A DNA stretch of 63,778 bases, counting the filler, from Perkinsus chesapeaki ATCC PRA-425 (taxonomy: Eukaryota; Protista; Perkinsozoa): NCBI GenBank assembly GCA_013115145.1. It is 5 parts of 5 records of this genome, joined end to end, with 100 filler letters (N's around TTAATTAATTAA, not from the genome) between each part and the next. Parts side by side here need not be neighbours in the genome. Positions count along the whole stretch, not along the records: positions 16,717 to 47,984 come from JAAPAO010000422.1; 4 more parts are not named here. One strand, given 5' to 3'. A program made the position numbers and the translations under genes. The notes below the pieces were generated by a model that was not told the origin of the DNA, did no database searches, and saw only the letters and a program-made list of their open reading frames with translations. Below, piece by piece: positions 22,985-34,002 of the stretch (positions within the stretch are counted from its first letter, which is position 1; every line of letters begins with the position of its first letter).

Positions 22985-23377
22985 TGGAGATCTCGGGCGG
23001 CATTAGAGGCTCATTGTTATTAACTTCTTTCATTTCATTTTGCGGGCATAGGTGCGCTTGCTTGTATATAGCTTTATATATAAGCTTTGTGTTTGTGTGT
23101 AGTGAGATTGACACTTGTTTTATGTATAAAAAATGGAGATATTCGAAATAGCGTTTAGTGATATCTGAATACTAGAGGCCGCCGAAGCAATAAAGTAGAA
23201 TAATTCCTACTCTTTATTTCTCACTCGACATCAAGTGTTGTAGCTTGGAATTCGAAACATGAGTACTACTGAAGTCAGATTCGAAAACATGGCACTAAAT
23301 CGATCAACGGTTTAATACATATCTTTATGCTGGCGCTATCTAGCATTATTATTAATCACTCACCGCTCTGCGTTCAG

Positions 23378-24955
23378 ATTGAGGACCCGAAGTCAGGAGG
23401 GCAATTCCTTCCGCCACTGCCGAGCGATAAGTCTAAGTGGTTGGTGCTGGGAATAGAATCGTCGTGTGATGATACAGCAGCGGCAGTAGTTGATATTAAT
23501 GGCAATATTAAAGGGGAGGCTATAGCCAGTCAGGCAGGTTAGTATACGGTTTTAGCATGGGGAAGGGCGTGGGTTCGAATCCTGCACATATCATTTTAGA
23601 AATCCACAGCCAATACGGTGGTGTAGTCCCCAAGTTGGCACAGGAAGCCCATGCCTCTGCGATCGAAAAGACTGTCAAACTTGCTCTCTCTCGAGCTGAT
23701 ATCGACTTCAAAGATTTAACAGCAGTTGGCGTGACAGTCGGGCCTGGACTGGCATTGTGCTTGCAGGTAAGGTTACTTGGAGATTAGTCATCATGCGACT
23801 GGGTGATGAGCGATTCAACGTTGGGGGAGGTTCGTGAGTATCACAGCTGTTGGCTGTTTTGGTACAGACTTTCGACACTGTGCTCTACTTGGTAGCAACC
23901 GTAGGATCCTTCGGTGGCTAATACGCTCCCAATAGAGGAGAAGATTTTTTCAAATTCCCGAGTTCGGGTTTGCTCTAGGAGCATCAACTGGTGTGTGTAT
24001 TTAGGTTGGCGTTAAAAGTGCCATAGAGCTCACAGCCAAATACGACTTACCGTTGGTACGAACCCATCATATGGAATCTCATATGCTGGTCACAAGGAAG
24101 CCTGACCCGTCTGCCCCGACTGCTGCCTTACCGGCTCCTGAGTTCCCATTTGTCACACTGCTCGTATCTGGTGGCCACAACATGGCCGTGCTTACTAGGG
24201 GATTGGGGGACCATGTCATCTTGGGCTCGACTTTGGACGACTCTGTGGGAGAGTGCTTCGATAAGGTTGCTCGTCTGTTGGATATCAACGATGTTCCCGG
24301 AGGGCCGGTTTTGGAAAAAATGGCGAACGATGGGAATCCTAGAGCGTGCCTGAGGGAGCTGGCGAAGCCTCTGGCAAAGACACGGGACCCTGAATTGAAG
24401 AACGGTTGCGACTTTTCGTTCGCCGGGCTGAAGACTTCAATGAGACAGCTGATAGAGGGAGGGAAATACAGCAAAGCCGATATGGCGGCAACCTTTCAAA
24501 AGCGAGCTGTTGACCATCTGGTGGAGCGTGCGGGTCGGGCAATCGATTGGGCCCTTGACATCGAAACCGACATTAAGGACTTGGTTGTTGCTGGTGGAGT
24601 GGCGGCTAATAAGACGGTTCGATCGAGGATGCAGGAGCTTGCTAAGGAGAAAGGTCTTGTGTTGCATTGTCCCCCTACTCGGTTGTGTACGGATAATGGC
24701 ACGATGGTGGCCTGGAACGCTATAGAGCATCTTAAAAAGGGACTGTACGAGAGAGCACCATGTAGCGCTGAATCGGCTGATAAGTTCGTGGAGGTCCGAC
24801 CACGGTGGCCGCTGGGACCGAGGGATGCGCGATGCAAAGGACGAGATAACGCTGAGGGAGGGAGGAAGGCGAGGAAGAGACCGCAGCCGGAGGCACCGTC
24901 AGATGAGGATATTAGAGAGGCTAAACGTGTAGCTGCTGAAGTTAGGATATCCTAA
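23378..24955 (+). CDS. tsaD: TsaD/Qri7/OSGEPL1-type tRNA N6-threonylcarbamoyltransferase (exons 23378-23537, 23600-23766, 24005-24955)
   Basis: LGIESSCDDTAAAVV, YGGVVPKLAQEAH, GPGLALCLQVG, HHMESH, LLVSGGH, GECFDKVARLL, FSFAGLKT, VAGGVAAN, CTDNGTMVAW. Confidence 0.96.
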
Positions 24956-25148
24956 AGACTGTCAAGTTTCCATTTACGAATGATTGATTGGAGTTGTTGT
25001 TGTGTTGGAGTTGTGGGTGACGGTAGACTGGTAGTGGATGACGTGCCTGAGTGAATGGGACCATTGATTATTACACTAAATAGCACTTCTTACATTCGTG
25101 AATCAACTAATGTTTGGAGGTACCTCGATTGGTGGGGTAAATGCGATG

Positions 25149-25402
25149 AAGAGCTGCACTAATACGAGATGACAGTTTAGGCCAAGAGCTGCACTAATAC
25201 GAGATGACAGTTTAGGCCAAGAGCTGCACTAATACGAGATGACAATTTAGGCCAAGAGCTGCACTAATACGAGATGACAATTTAGGCCAAGAGCTGCACT
25301 AATACGAGATGACAGTTTAGGCCAAGAGCAGCACTAATACGAGATGACAGTTTAGGCCAAGAGCTGCACTAATACGAGATGACAATTTAGGCCAAGAGCT
25401 GC
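25149..25402. repeat. 35-bp minisatellite, 7 full copies plus a partial
   Basis: aagagctgcactaatacgagatgaca(g/a)tttaggcc at 25149, 25184 ... 25359; no spacers. Confidence 0.97.
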
Positions 25403-26197
25403 TCAATATCATCATTCCCACAGTGTCCCGGTCATGCTTTGTGCTGCTGCCCAACGTTAATGGATAACTTCATCGGTACTGACACGTGACGGTCTGTAAC
25501 ATCGCTGAGCAGGCCATGGGGACTAAGCTCTCCTGGAGGCCTACGGTGATCCCAGACGAATGTTGGGTTAGGCTGCACCACCGCTCTGCATGATGAAATA
25601 GCAGAATGATGGCCCGATGCTCTTATGGCTGAGTTGAGAATAGTATAAAGGTCTGATTAGATATAGTACACGTATCCAGAAATGGGGCCAGTGATTCTCT
25701 CAGCGATCAAAAAAGATCTTGTGATGATTTTTACTAATGATTTTACTGATCGTTTACTCTGATGGATTTTTCATTCTAATTGAGTATCGAATATCAATAT
25801 TAATACATTACGGCAGACAGTGCAGTATACTGTTAGTGCCTTGAATAAAATAAAACTGTATTGTTATACCTGTTGAGGAGCTACAGCGATATACTGTGAT
25901 AGTAGATCCTGTTCTAGGCTCCACATTTGGACTAGCCTTTGTGTGCTGCTGCTGCAGCTAGTGGAGGTGCTTCAATGCAGCATATTATTATGATAGTTCA
26001 ATTCCTTATTCGATGCAAGGTGACCATTCAACATGAGGATTATGAAGATATGCGAGAAATTAACTAAGCGCTATCTGTCGTATCTTTGTTTAGGACTCCA
26101 CTCCTTGGTAGCTTCATCACAGCTGCTTGTTGTCTCGACGTTCTCTAGGGACATGTTTTGTGTTCACTACTGTGTTCGAGCTCTTCTACTACATCTT

Positions 26198-26953
26198 GGC
26201 CCTGCTGCCCATTATTCCCCACAGTAGAAGGATAAGCCTGTACGGCTAAGTCGGGCCCTGCTGCCCTTTATTCCCCACAATAGAGGGATAAGCTTGTACG
26301 GCTAAGTCGGGCCATGCTGCCCTTTATTCCCCACAGTAGAGGGATAAGCTTGTACGGCTAAGTCGGGCCCTGCTGCCCTTTATTCCCCACAGTAGAGGGA
26401 TAAGCCTGTACGGCTAAGTCGGGCCATGCTGCCCTTTATTCCCCACAGTAGAGGGATAAGCCTGTACGGCTAATTCGGGCCATGCTGCCCTTTATTCCCC
26501 ACAGTAGAGGGGTAAGCCTGTACGGCTAAGTCGGGCCATGCTGCCCTTTATTCCCCACAGTAGAGGGATAAGCCTGTACGGCTAAGTNNNNNNNNNNNNN
26601 NNNNNNNNNNNNNNNNNNNNNNNNNNNNNNNNNNNNNNNNNNNNNNNNNNNNNNNNNNNNNNNNNNNNNNNNNNNNNNNNNNNNNTTTATTCCCCACAGT
26701 AGAGGGATAAGCCTGTACGGCTAAGNNNNNNNNNNNNNNNNNNNNNNNNNNNNNNNNNNNNNNNNNNNNNNNNNNNNNNNNNNNNNNNNNNNNNNNNNNN
26801 NNNNNNNNNNNNNNNNNNNNNNNAGTCGGGCCATGCTGCCCTTTATTCCCCACAGTAGGGGGATAAGCCTGTACGGCTAAGTCGGGCCATGCTGCCCTTT
26901 ATTCCCCACAGTAGGGGGATAAGCCTGTACGGCTAAGTCGGGCCATGCTGCCC
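26198..26953. repeat. 56-bp minisatellite with two internal N gaps (26588-26685, 26726-26823)
   Basis: acagtagagggataagcctgtacggctaagtcgggccatgctgccctttattcccc; period 56 (26221, 26277, 26333 ...). Confidence 0.97.
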
Positions 26954-27598
26954 CATGTGTCACCCTAGTGAGGGTTATGCCTATGATAGGCTATATAGTA
27001 TAGTTTGTTCCCTTGTATGACTTGCGTTAAGGTCATATTGGGCTGCTGAATGCCCACGGTGTCCCGTGGAGGGATAAGAAGCCTTAAAGGCTAGATAATC
27101 GATTAGCACGTCAGCAAGGTCAGGATGACCCAGCCACCGGGTGAGGTGGTGTTAATATGCCTAATGCATGTGTTGGCTATTCTGACATTCTTACTCCTCC
27201 AGTCGAGTACTTCTTACTCACTATACTATCAGAAGTGATTCCTATGTCGAATCGGTTCACTTGTCATTGTGTGTTCTACAATATTCTGTATGCTGTTTTC
27301 TGCCTTTTCGACCCTAACTATCCGTATCTCTATTTCTCCACTATAATTTATGTCTTGCTGTATTCCGTCCGTTATCGTTCTTACTGCCTTTTAACGTACA
27401 ATCCTTTCTCGTCTGTAATTCCTTATGTGGCATCCTATTCCTTATATTCTGTATCGTTGTTACCTCTCCCTTTATATACACAACTCACTCGGAAAATATC
27501 TCGTTTCAGCCGCCGCAATTGTTTTTTGTAGTCGTCCCAATTTTAAAGATATTTTCGAGGTCACTTTCGCGTCAGCAGTTGTTCTCCTAGTTAGTCTC

Positions 27599-30500
27599 AT
27601 GTCGGCCCATAACGAAAACGCTATGGACCTCAGTAACGTAAATGCAGCTTCACCGGCCACCACAGTGGCTGCCTCAGACGACCTAGGCGACAAGAACAAG
27701 TTGATCCAAGTTGACTTTGCGGGAACCGTTAAAAGATTCTCGTGAGGTCGATTCGCTGCCCTCCCCACACACTGTCCTCGCTTCAGGTTCAAGAACAGCA
27801 GAAGGCTTCTTAATCAGCTGAAGCACTCCTTTGGTGTCGAGAACGCCCGTTCGATTGAGCTGATCGAGAAATCTACCAGCGCAGTGGTCTCTCTAGGCGA
27901 CTTGGACGACCAGGGTGAATATGAGCTTAAGGTAGCCTCGCTGAAGAACATATTGTGCTCCTTGACGAAACATATCTGCCATTTTATTTTCATGCTTTCC
28001 ATCCCAGTGTTGGAATACATGCCGCTGAAAAATGTTGAGCAAATCTCCGAAAATTCCGCAGACGTTTTTCGCATCTGCCAGCATTGAGTGCATTTTCTCC
28101 GCTTAGTGTGGGCTGAGGCCGTCTGGTAGATATCCCAATACTGGGCGAATCTAAGTTGTGCGTTCCACTATATCAGGTCACCGGACACTCCCTTGGTTCC
28201 CTTGAAAGCTTCTCAACTCAATGCCCCGTGCATAGGCTGATAACCCTTCCGGAGATCTGCCGCTACGTTGTGGACACCCCTTACTTCCAGCGATTAAGGA
28301 ACGAGTCACAACTTGGTAAACCCCGCTGGATTGCTGTCCTCTTTTGCGTGCTCGATATCCTTCCTTTCAGGTGCGGCTGGTTATGTGTTTATGGGCGCCA
28401 CGCATACTAGATTTGAGCATTCTATTGGGGCTGCCTACCTAGCGTAAGATTCTTTAAAGGCGTTTCTGGAAAGATTCCTGCAATGTTGATAGAAGTCTGC
28501 TGTTAGGGAGCCTCCCTATAATATGCTACTAGCATATCATTGATCTATCGAGTGGAAGCCTAGGTCAATCGCATGACTTTTTTTCACTCCACGTTTGTAA
28601 AGGCTCCTGCATATTCGAAGCACAGCGGCTTGATATTTCAATATTTATCTAAACTAAGAAAAAGTTTTGAAATCTCTGTTCCCGCATGACTGGCTCTTTC
28701 GGTCCCTACTGTCTCGAATACTCAGAATCTTTCCTTGAAGCGCGCTTTTGGGAAAGTTGAGACATCTATAAATGTATCCAGCTGCGCCGGCCAAGTGTAT
28801 TCTACCAGTTGTAATCGTTCAGAGGCGGCTCCGTTAGTTCAAAGCCAATTCGTGGAAGTATCCATCGAAATGGCGCCTGAACTTCAAGTGTGCTGCTTTT
28901 GCAAAATTGTTATCGTTGCCCCAAGCCTACTGATTCCCCCTTAGGAAGAAGCTTGTCGACCAATTGAGCTCCAACCAACCAGAATATGGCATCACCGAAG
29001 AGGACAGGCTCTGTGTTATCATCGCTGGTCTGTGCCATGACCTCGGTCATGGCCCCTATTCCCACGTCTGGGATTCCCATGTGAGTTGCCGAGCCTCCGC
29101 GCCTGTCGGTGGTCGCTAGGTTTCTGTCAGGTCAATCCAGCCCTCGGAATTCATAAGGGACACGAAGTTATGAGCGTGAAAATGATGTGAGTTTTGTGGC
29201 GCGTGACATTTTCATGACGTCGATAAATTATTAGGGAAGACACTCGAGTTTGTCGACCTGATTGCGGACAGTATTGAAGCGTCTGTGTGAGCTCCTCAGC
29301 TTCCTAGAAAGATTGTCGCCGCCTCCGGCCGGGAGCTCTGAAAACCATGAGAAATCCCTTCTGAACCAATTTTACGGAAAACGAATGTCTCAAGTGTCTT
29401 TCCCTGCCAACATGACTTTGTATGGGTCAGCTATTCCGAGCTCGCAAATGAGCGATTATTTCTCGTTATCTTTCAGCGACATAGTCGTAGAGCACCTACT
29501 GAAGACAGCAGATTCACCGATGATAAATGCCATTTTCACAGAGGAAAACGTCAATTTTATTAAGGCATGCATCGAGGTAAGATTCTCCACATTTCCCAGC
29601 TTATACCCTCCACTTAGCCGCCTGCGCAACTCCATGACCCCGACTTCGGTGAAGATCGGCGAGCGGCAGTAAGCTCCAAAACAGCTCTATTCTCGACAGC
29701 CATTTCTGTCAGTTTTTTCGCTCTATCGGTCGACCTCCTTCGAAGTTCTTCCTACTTGAAGTGGTCGCTAATAAGAAGTGTGGCGTTGATGTCGACAAGC
29801 TCGACTATATTCTTCGGTGAGCGTCCCCGTCCACTTCCGTGTGGAGTTTTTAATTCAGAGATTGTCACTATACCGGCTACTCCTCAACAGTCGATACTTC
29901 GCGTCTCATCAGCACCGCTAGAGTGAGTACAGCCCCACACCAGGCCATGACCGATCTCCTTCTTGTCAGGTTATGCCCTGTGACAATGACGTGAATCGGA
30001 TATGTTGGCCTGCGAAGGCAGTTGGGAGCATCATCGATCTTTTCCAGCGTCGAGCGAGCCTCCATCATGACGTGTATGTTATCGCTTCGACTAACCACCG
30101 GCCTTCCTTGAGGTCTCAATTCTTCTTGTCGGAATACACTTTTCGATGCTCGAGGAAGAATCGGACTGAATTCCGTGAACTCCACGAAATTTCCCGCATG
30201 ATTTTTTTGACAAAGTACAATTTAATCTTTGCTCGACAAGATCTTCGCAGGTATCAACACCCCACGGTCATCGGCGTGGATTTGATCCTGCGAGACGTCT
30301 TTGTTAAAGCATCGCCCCATCTCGAAGTTCGATGTCAAGACGGCGAGTTCAGGTATCTGGGAGTATCTTGTAGAGTGTAATCTCTGTTTAGGTCCCTCAA
30401 GGAGGCAAGCGAAGATCCCGTCGCCTTCAGTCGTGTCACCAACTGGCTGGTACGTGTTAACCAAAGATGCTATTTACGTCGCACTGCTCCTTCGCACTGC

Positions 30501-31545
30501 TTTCAACTATTCTGGTCTTTTTCACGTTAAGTTTGTTAAGTCTAACTCTGTCTTTTTTAACAATCGTTGACTCTTATCTTTTCAATTTCCAGAAGCTGAC
30601 CCAGGAGGGAGCTTTGAGGCTTCCAACTCGGCCATAGTGATAGTTTCTACTTTTCCTCCTTCGACTGAAACGTACATAGTGTGTGCTTACTGAATACAGT
30701 TGTCGGGCATCTTGACTAATATTTTGGTGAATTCCCTTCCGTTTCGAGGGCGCGCTCCTTCGATTCCTTTTCGACGCGTTTTCTAACTCACTCATCGATC
30801 GTTCTCAAATTGCGTCTTCCTCAGCACCAATTTATACAGCATGGCCGCCATGTGAGACTCAATGTTGATTGGAACCACCCGGACATGGTCGAGGCAACAA
30901 GGCTTCTGGAGAATATAAGCAATAGGGAGTATAGACGATCACGCCGCTGCATTCATAAAATGCATTTTTAGACTCTTTAAAATAGCCGGTACCTTCACCG
31001 AGCGACATCCGGGCATACGCGATCTGACTAAGGCAGCCGAGGAGATAGCAGCGCTGACTGGAGGACAAGTGGGGCCTGATGAGGTGAGTATGACCGCGCG
31101 CCACAGAATTGAAGATTTTGGCAGATCGAGTGTCGGTCGAGGAAGATATCGTGGGGAATGAAGGATAAGAATCCGATGGAGAATATCAGATTTTATGCCG
31201 AGAAAGGCACGGCGATCACCGACTTTTATTTGAGGCCTCTTCAGGATCGATGAGGCTAAGTCGTACCGAGTTCCCCACTATGCTACCGAGATCCTTCGAG
31301 GACTCGGAGACGATAGTGTTTGTTAAGTCGCAAGATCAAAGCAAGCGAGAGGCCACTAAAGCCGCCCTCGATCTGTGGTTGTTGAAGCAGCAGGTGAGCT
31401 ACGATCTCCATTGTGAACATATCCTCGAAGTTAGGCGGATGCTGAGCGCCCCAGCGAGGCATCGCCGATGGAGGTTAATGGCGCGCCGCCCGATTCACAG
31501 TCAGCAGTTGCAAATAACCTTCCATCAAATCCTGCTCAGCTGTAA
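27599..31545 (+). CDS. SAMHD1: SAMHD1-like HD-domain dNTP triphosphohydrolase, multi-exon, with a non-SAM N-terminal domain
   Basis: Spliced motifs [77 protein letters not shown]; introns phase-matched where traced; 3' exons less certain. Confidence 0.9.
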
Positions 31546-32338
31546 GTCGATTAATGGTCGTTGAAAGTACCAGTTTTTGTGATCAGGAAACGTGTGTTTT
31601 CATTGATCACTCCAAACTGCGAGACCCCTGCAACCCCACCGCAAGAGAATCGTGCTAGAAGACTTCGACTGGACAATTAACGAGCTATGCGCGGTTGAGG
31701 CTTTCATTTAAATTCGAGTGTCACCAAGTACAGTGAATTTCTGCTTTATGCATTGGTGTGTTGTGTTGATTGTAACGAACGAGCAACCTGTTCACCGTCC
31801 GGCTGACTTGAAGAGTCCGGTCGTCTTCCCTAACTTGGGGACTCTAAGACTAGTGTAATATGTCACATTATTAAAAGTGCAGCCCTGCACTAACGGAGAA
31901 GCGCTCCTCATAACGAGATCATATCCATTCACTTTATATATCTCTGAATATACCTCGTCTACTACTGCAGTATAAATCAAACCCACATTCTGCTAGGACT
32001 TTCGAACAGTTCGGTTGTTGAAGTGTTGGTTAACCTATTGTTACCGTCGGTATCTATTATGCTTATTGGCACGCTACTGGCCAACTCGACAACAGGAAGG
32101 GTATTGAAGAGCTACATTTGTTATTCTTATTAAACCCACCAATGCATTAGATCTCCCACTGCGAGTGGTTGTCGTTTAACAAGCATCGGCTAGAACCCGA
32201 CAGCCATTACCTGAATCGGGTGGCCTGGCATCACAGACTGCACAGGTGTTCCGCGTCTAAAACTAAGATGGGACGCTTACAAAGCAAAAAGATCTTTACG
32301 ACTTCGAAAAAAAGGATACAGACTCCTCTGAACTTTTA

Positions 32339-33109
32339 TCATGGAGGGCACCGAATAGGGAGATTGTTGAACGCGTGAAGGACTGTAGGCCGGTCACTAC
32401 TGTGATGTGGCTGTACTTCCAAAACCGATGCATTCAATCGTCTAAAGGTGAAATGAAAAGAAGTATATGGTCCAGTAATGTTGACAGCTGAGCTGTTGAC
32501 ATCAAATGGTGCCCAGATTTGTAACCAATGCCAACATGGTGTAGTCTTCAATTCCATTGTGTTGATAAAACCACGAATAATCCACTGGTTGAAAGACATG
32601 CCAATTCCAATGCATATTTTATCACTACAATAGTATGGGTGAGGGTATAGTGGTGGAGGGCCTGCATCAGAAACAACCAACTGTTCGCTAAATCCGACAC
32701 CATCCTTCTTAGTGGGAGAGCTCTGGAGGCGGCAAGGCTCGTAGGATAGAATCACACCAGAAGAGGTAACTGCCGTAATTGAATCATTTCCAGGGTGATA
32801 CTGCATGGTGTAATCGAAGGTCAAATAGGGGAAAGTGTTGCTGTTGTTGAGTGAGGGAGCACATCTATTCCTTGATAAAATGATATAGCCATTCTCATCG
32901 ATATGATACGGTGAATAGTAGGTCATCTGTTCGACATTATTATTGATATAACCAGTCATGTAACGATTGGCGCCATCGGACGTGAAGAAGATCCTGCTCC
33001 GGAAGAGGTCATCCGCCGAACAATAATACCAATCCGGAGCATTGTCGTGAACAGCATCACTCATAACAGCTATCACCATTGTACCCACGAATGAAGTCAG
33101 AATTGACAT
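32339..33109 (-). CDS. Intronless secreted protein with two P...YC-initiated repeats
   Basis: Hydrophobic N-terminus MSILTSFVGTMVIAVMS; NAPDWYYCS and PPPLYPHPYYCS. Confidence 0.7.
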   Translation of the reverse strand: MSILTSFVGTMVIAVMSDAVHDNAPDWYYCSADDLFRSRIFFTSDGANRYMTGYINNNVEQMTYYSPYHIDENGYIILSRNRCAPSLNNSNTFPYLTFDYTMQYHPGNDSITAVTSSGVILSYEPCRLQSSPTKKDGVGFSEQLVVSDAGPPPLYPHPYYCSDKICIGIGMSFNQWIIRGFINTMELKTTPCWHWLQIWAPFDVNSSAVNITGPYTSFHFTFRRLNASVLEVQPHHSSDRPTVLHAFNNLPIRCPP

Positions 33110-33249
33110 TGTGAACCTGAAACGATCTGCTTTGCTACAAATAAAGCATATGCTTGAGTAACTCGAACACATAGAACTGTGAAAGTGACAAGTAAAATGA
33201 CGGTAACGGTTCTCAAGGACCCTGACTTTTATTATCGCTACTTATTGTA

Positions 33250-34002
33250 TTATCTCAAGAGATATTTACACTTCCTCCTCTCCTCTGGTGTGACAGCTCT
33301 CTTCAAGGTAAATGATTGGTCTGGCACACAGTCTGGCACCAGTTTAAGGGTCGAGTTGTCCACCCTCACCAAGGAGAAGGCGAATCGTCCAAAAGGTATC
33401 GGGAGAGGAACCCTTTTGTCGACTTCAGTGTAGCCCCCAATATAAGATAATTTTTCTCCTAGGTATAGCCTTGCTACTCCGTCATCTTCAATACTTAGTG
33501 TCACCAAGTCACTGCAGTAGAGGTCCAGAAATGGTGGTGGGTCGGACGAGCTCAGCCTCTTTGCCCAATAGTCTGGGCATAGTGTAGTCGAAAAGTGTGC
33601 CAGCATTTTCCCCTTCAAATCATAAAGTTCAATTGCATCTTCTTGTTTATTATATTTGAGGTTGTAGTCCTGGACTAGATACGGGAATGAAAGAGTATCA
33701 TTCAATTTAAAGGTCGGCGGCTCCCCTGTGATACGTAACCAACCGTCGCCCTCAACTTCATAGTGAGCATCCACGAGGGCATGTCCTTGACGTTCGAAGT
33801 TGTACACGTCAATGACCGAGATAAAGCAGTTTCCCGAGGTGCTTCCTCGGCGGTTTGGCTGGAAATTAATGGTGCTAGACGGGGAAGGTAGAATGGCATC
33901 CATACAGTAATCGCCGTTGGGAATCCTATCGTGCTGATTACTCTCAACTGGTATGGATGACCATATTTGTCTAACCCACAAGTAAAATATCATCTTGAAC
34001 AT
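33250..34002 (-). CDS. Intronless secreted protein, likely paralog of the neighbour
   Basis: MFKMIFYLWVRQIWS leader; IPNGDYC and PPPFLDLYCS; shared TxxFPYLxxDYxxxY segment. Confidence 0.7.
   Translation of the reverse strand: MFKMIFYLWVRQIWSSIPVESNQHDRIPNGDYCMDAILPSPSSTINFQPNRRGSTSGNCFISVIDVYNFERQGHALVDAHYEVEGDGWLRITGEPPTFKLNDTLSFPYLVQDYNLKYNKQEDAIELYDLKGKMLAHFSTTLCPDYWAKRLSSSDPPPFLDLYCSDLVTLSIEDDGVARLYLGEKLSYIGGYTEVDKRVPLPIPFGRFAFSLVRVDNSTLKLVPDCVPDQSFTLKRAVTPEERRKCKYLLR

Noticed and set aside
21494-24955. tsaE/tsaD as bacterial contamination
   Set aside because: Both are split by phase-matched spliceosomal GT-AG introns and sit among intron-rich eukaryotic genes on one contig
25149-25402. 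35-bp repeat array as CRISPR
   Set aside because: Units are directly head-to-tail with no unique spacers, no cas genes, eukaryotic context
26198-26953. 56-bp array as CRISPR, and ORF 26548-26853
   Set aside because: No spacers; the ORF is read through N runs
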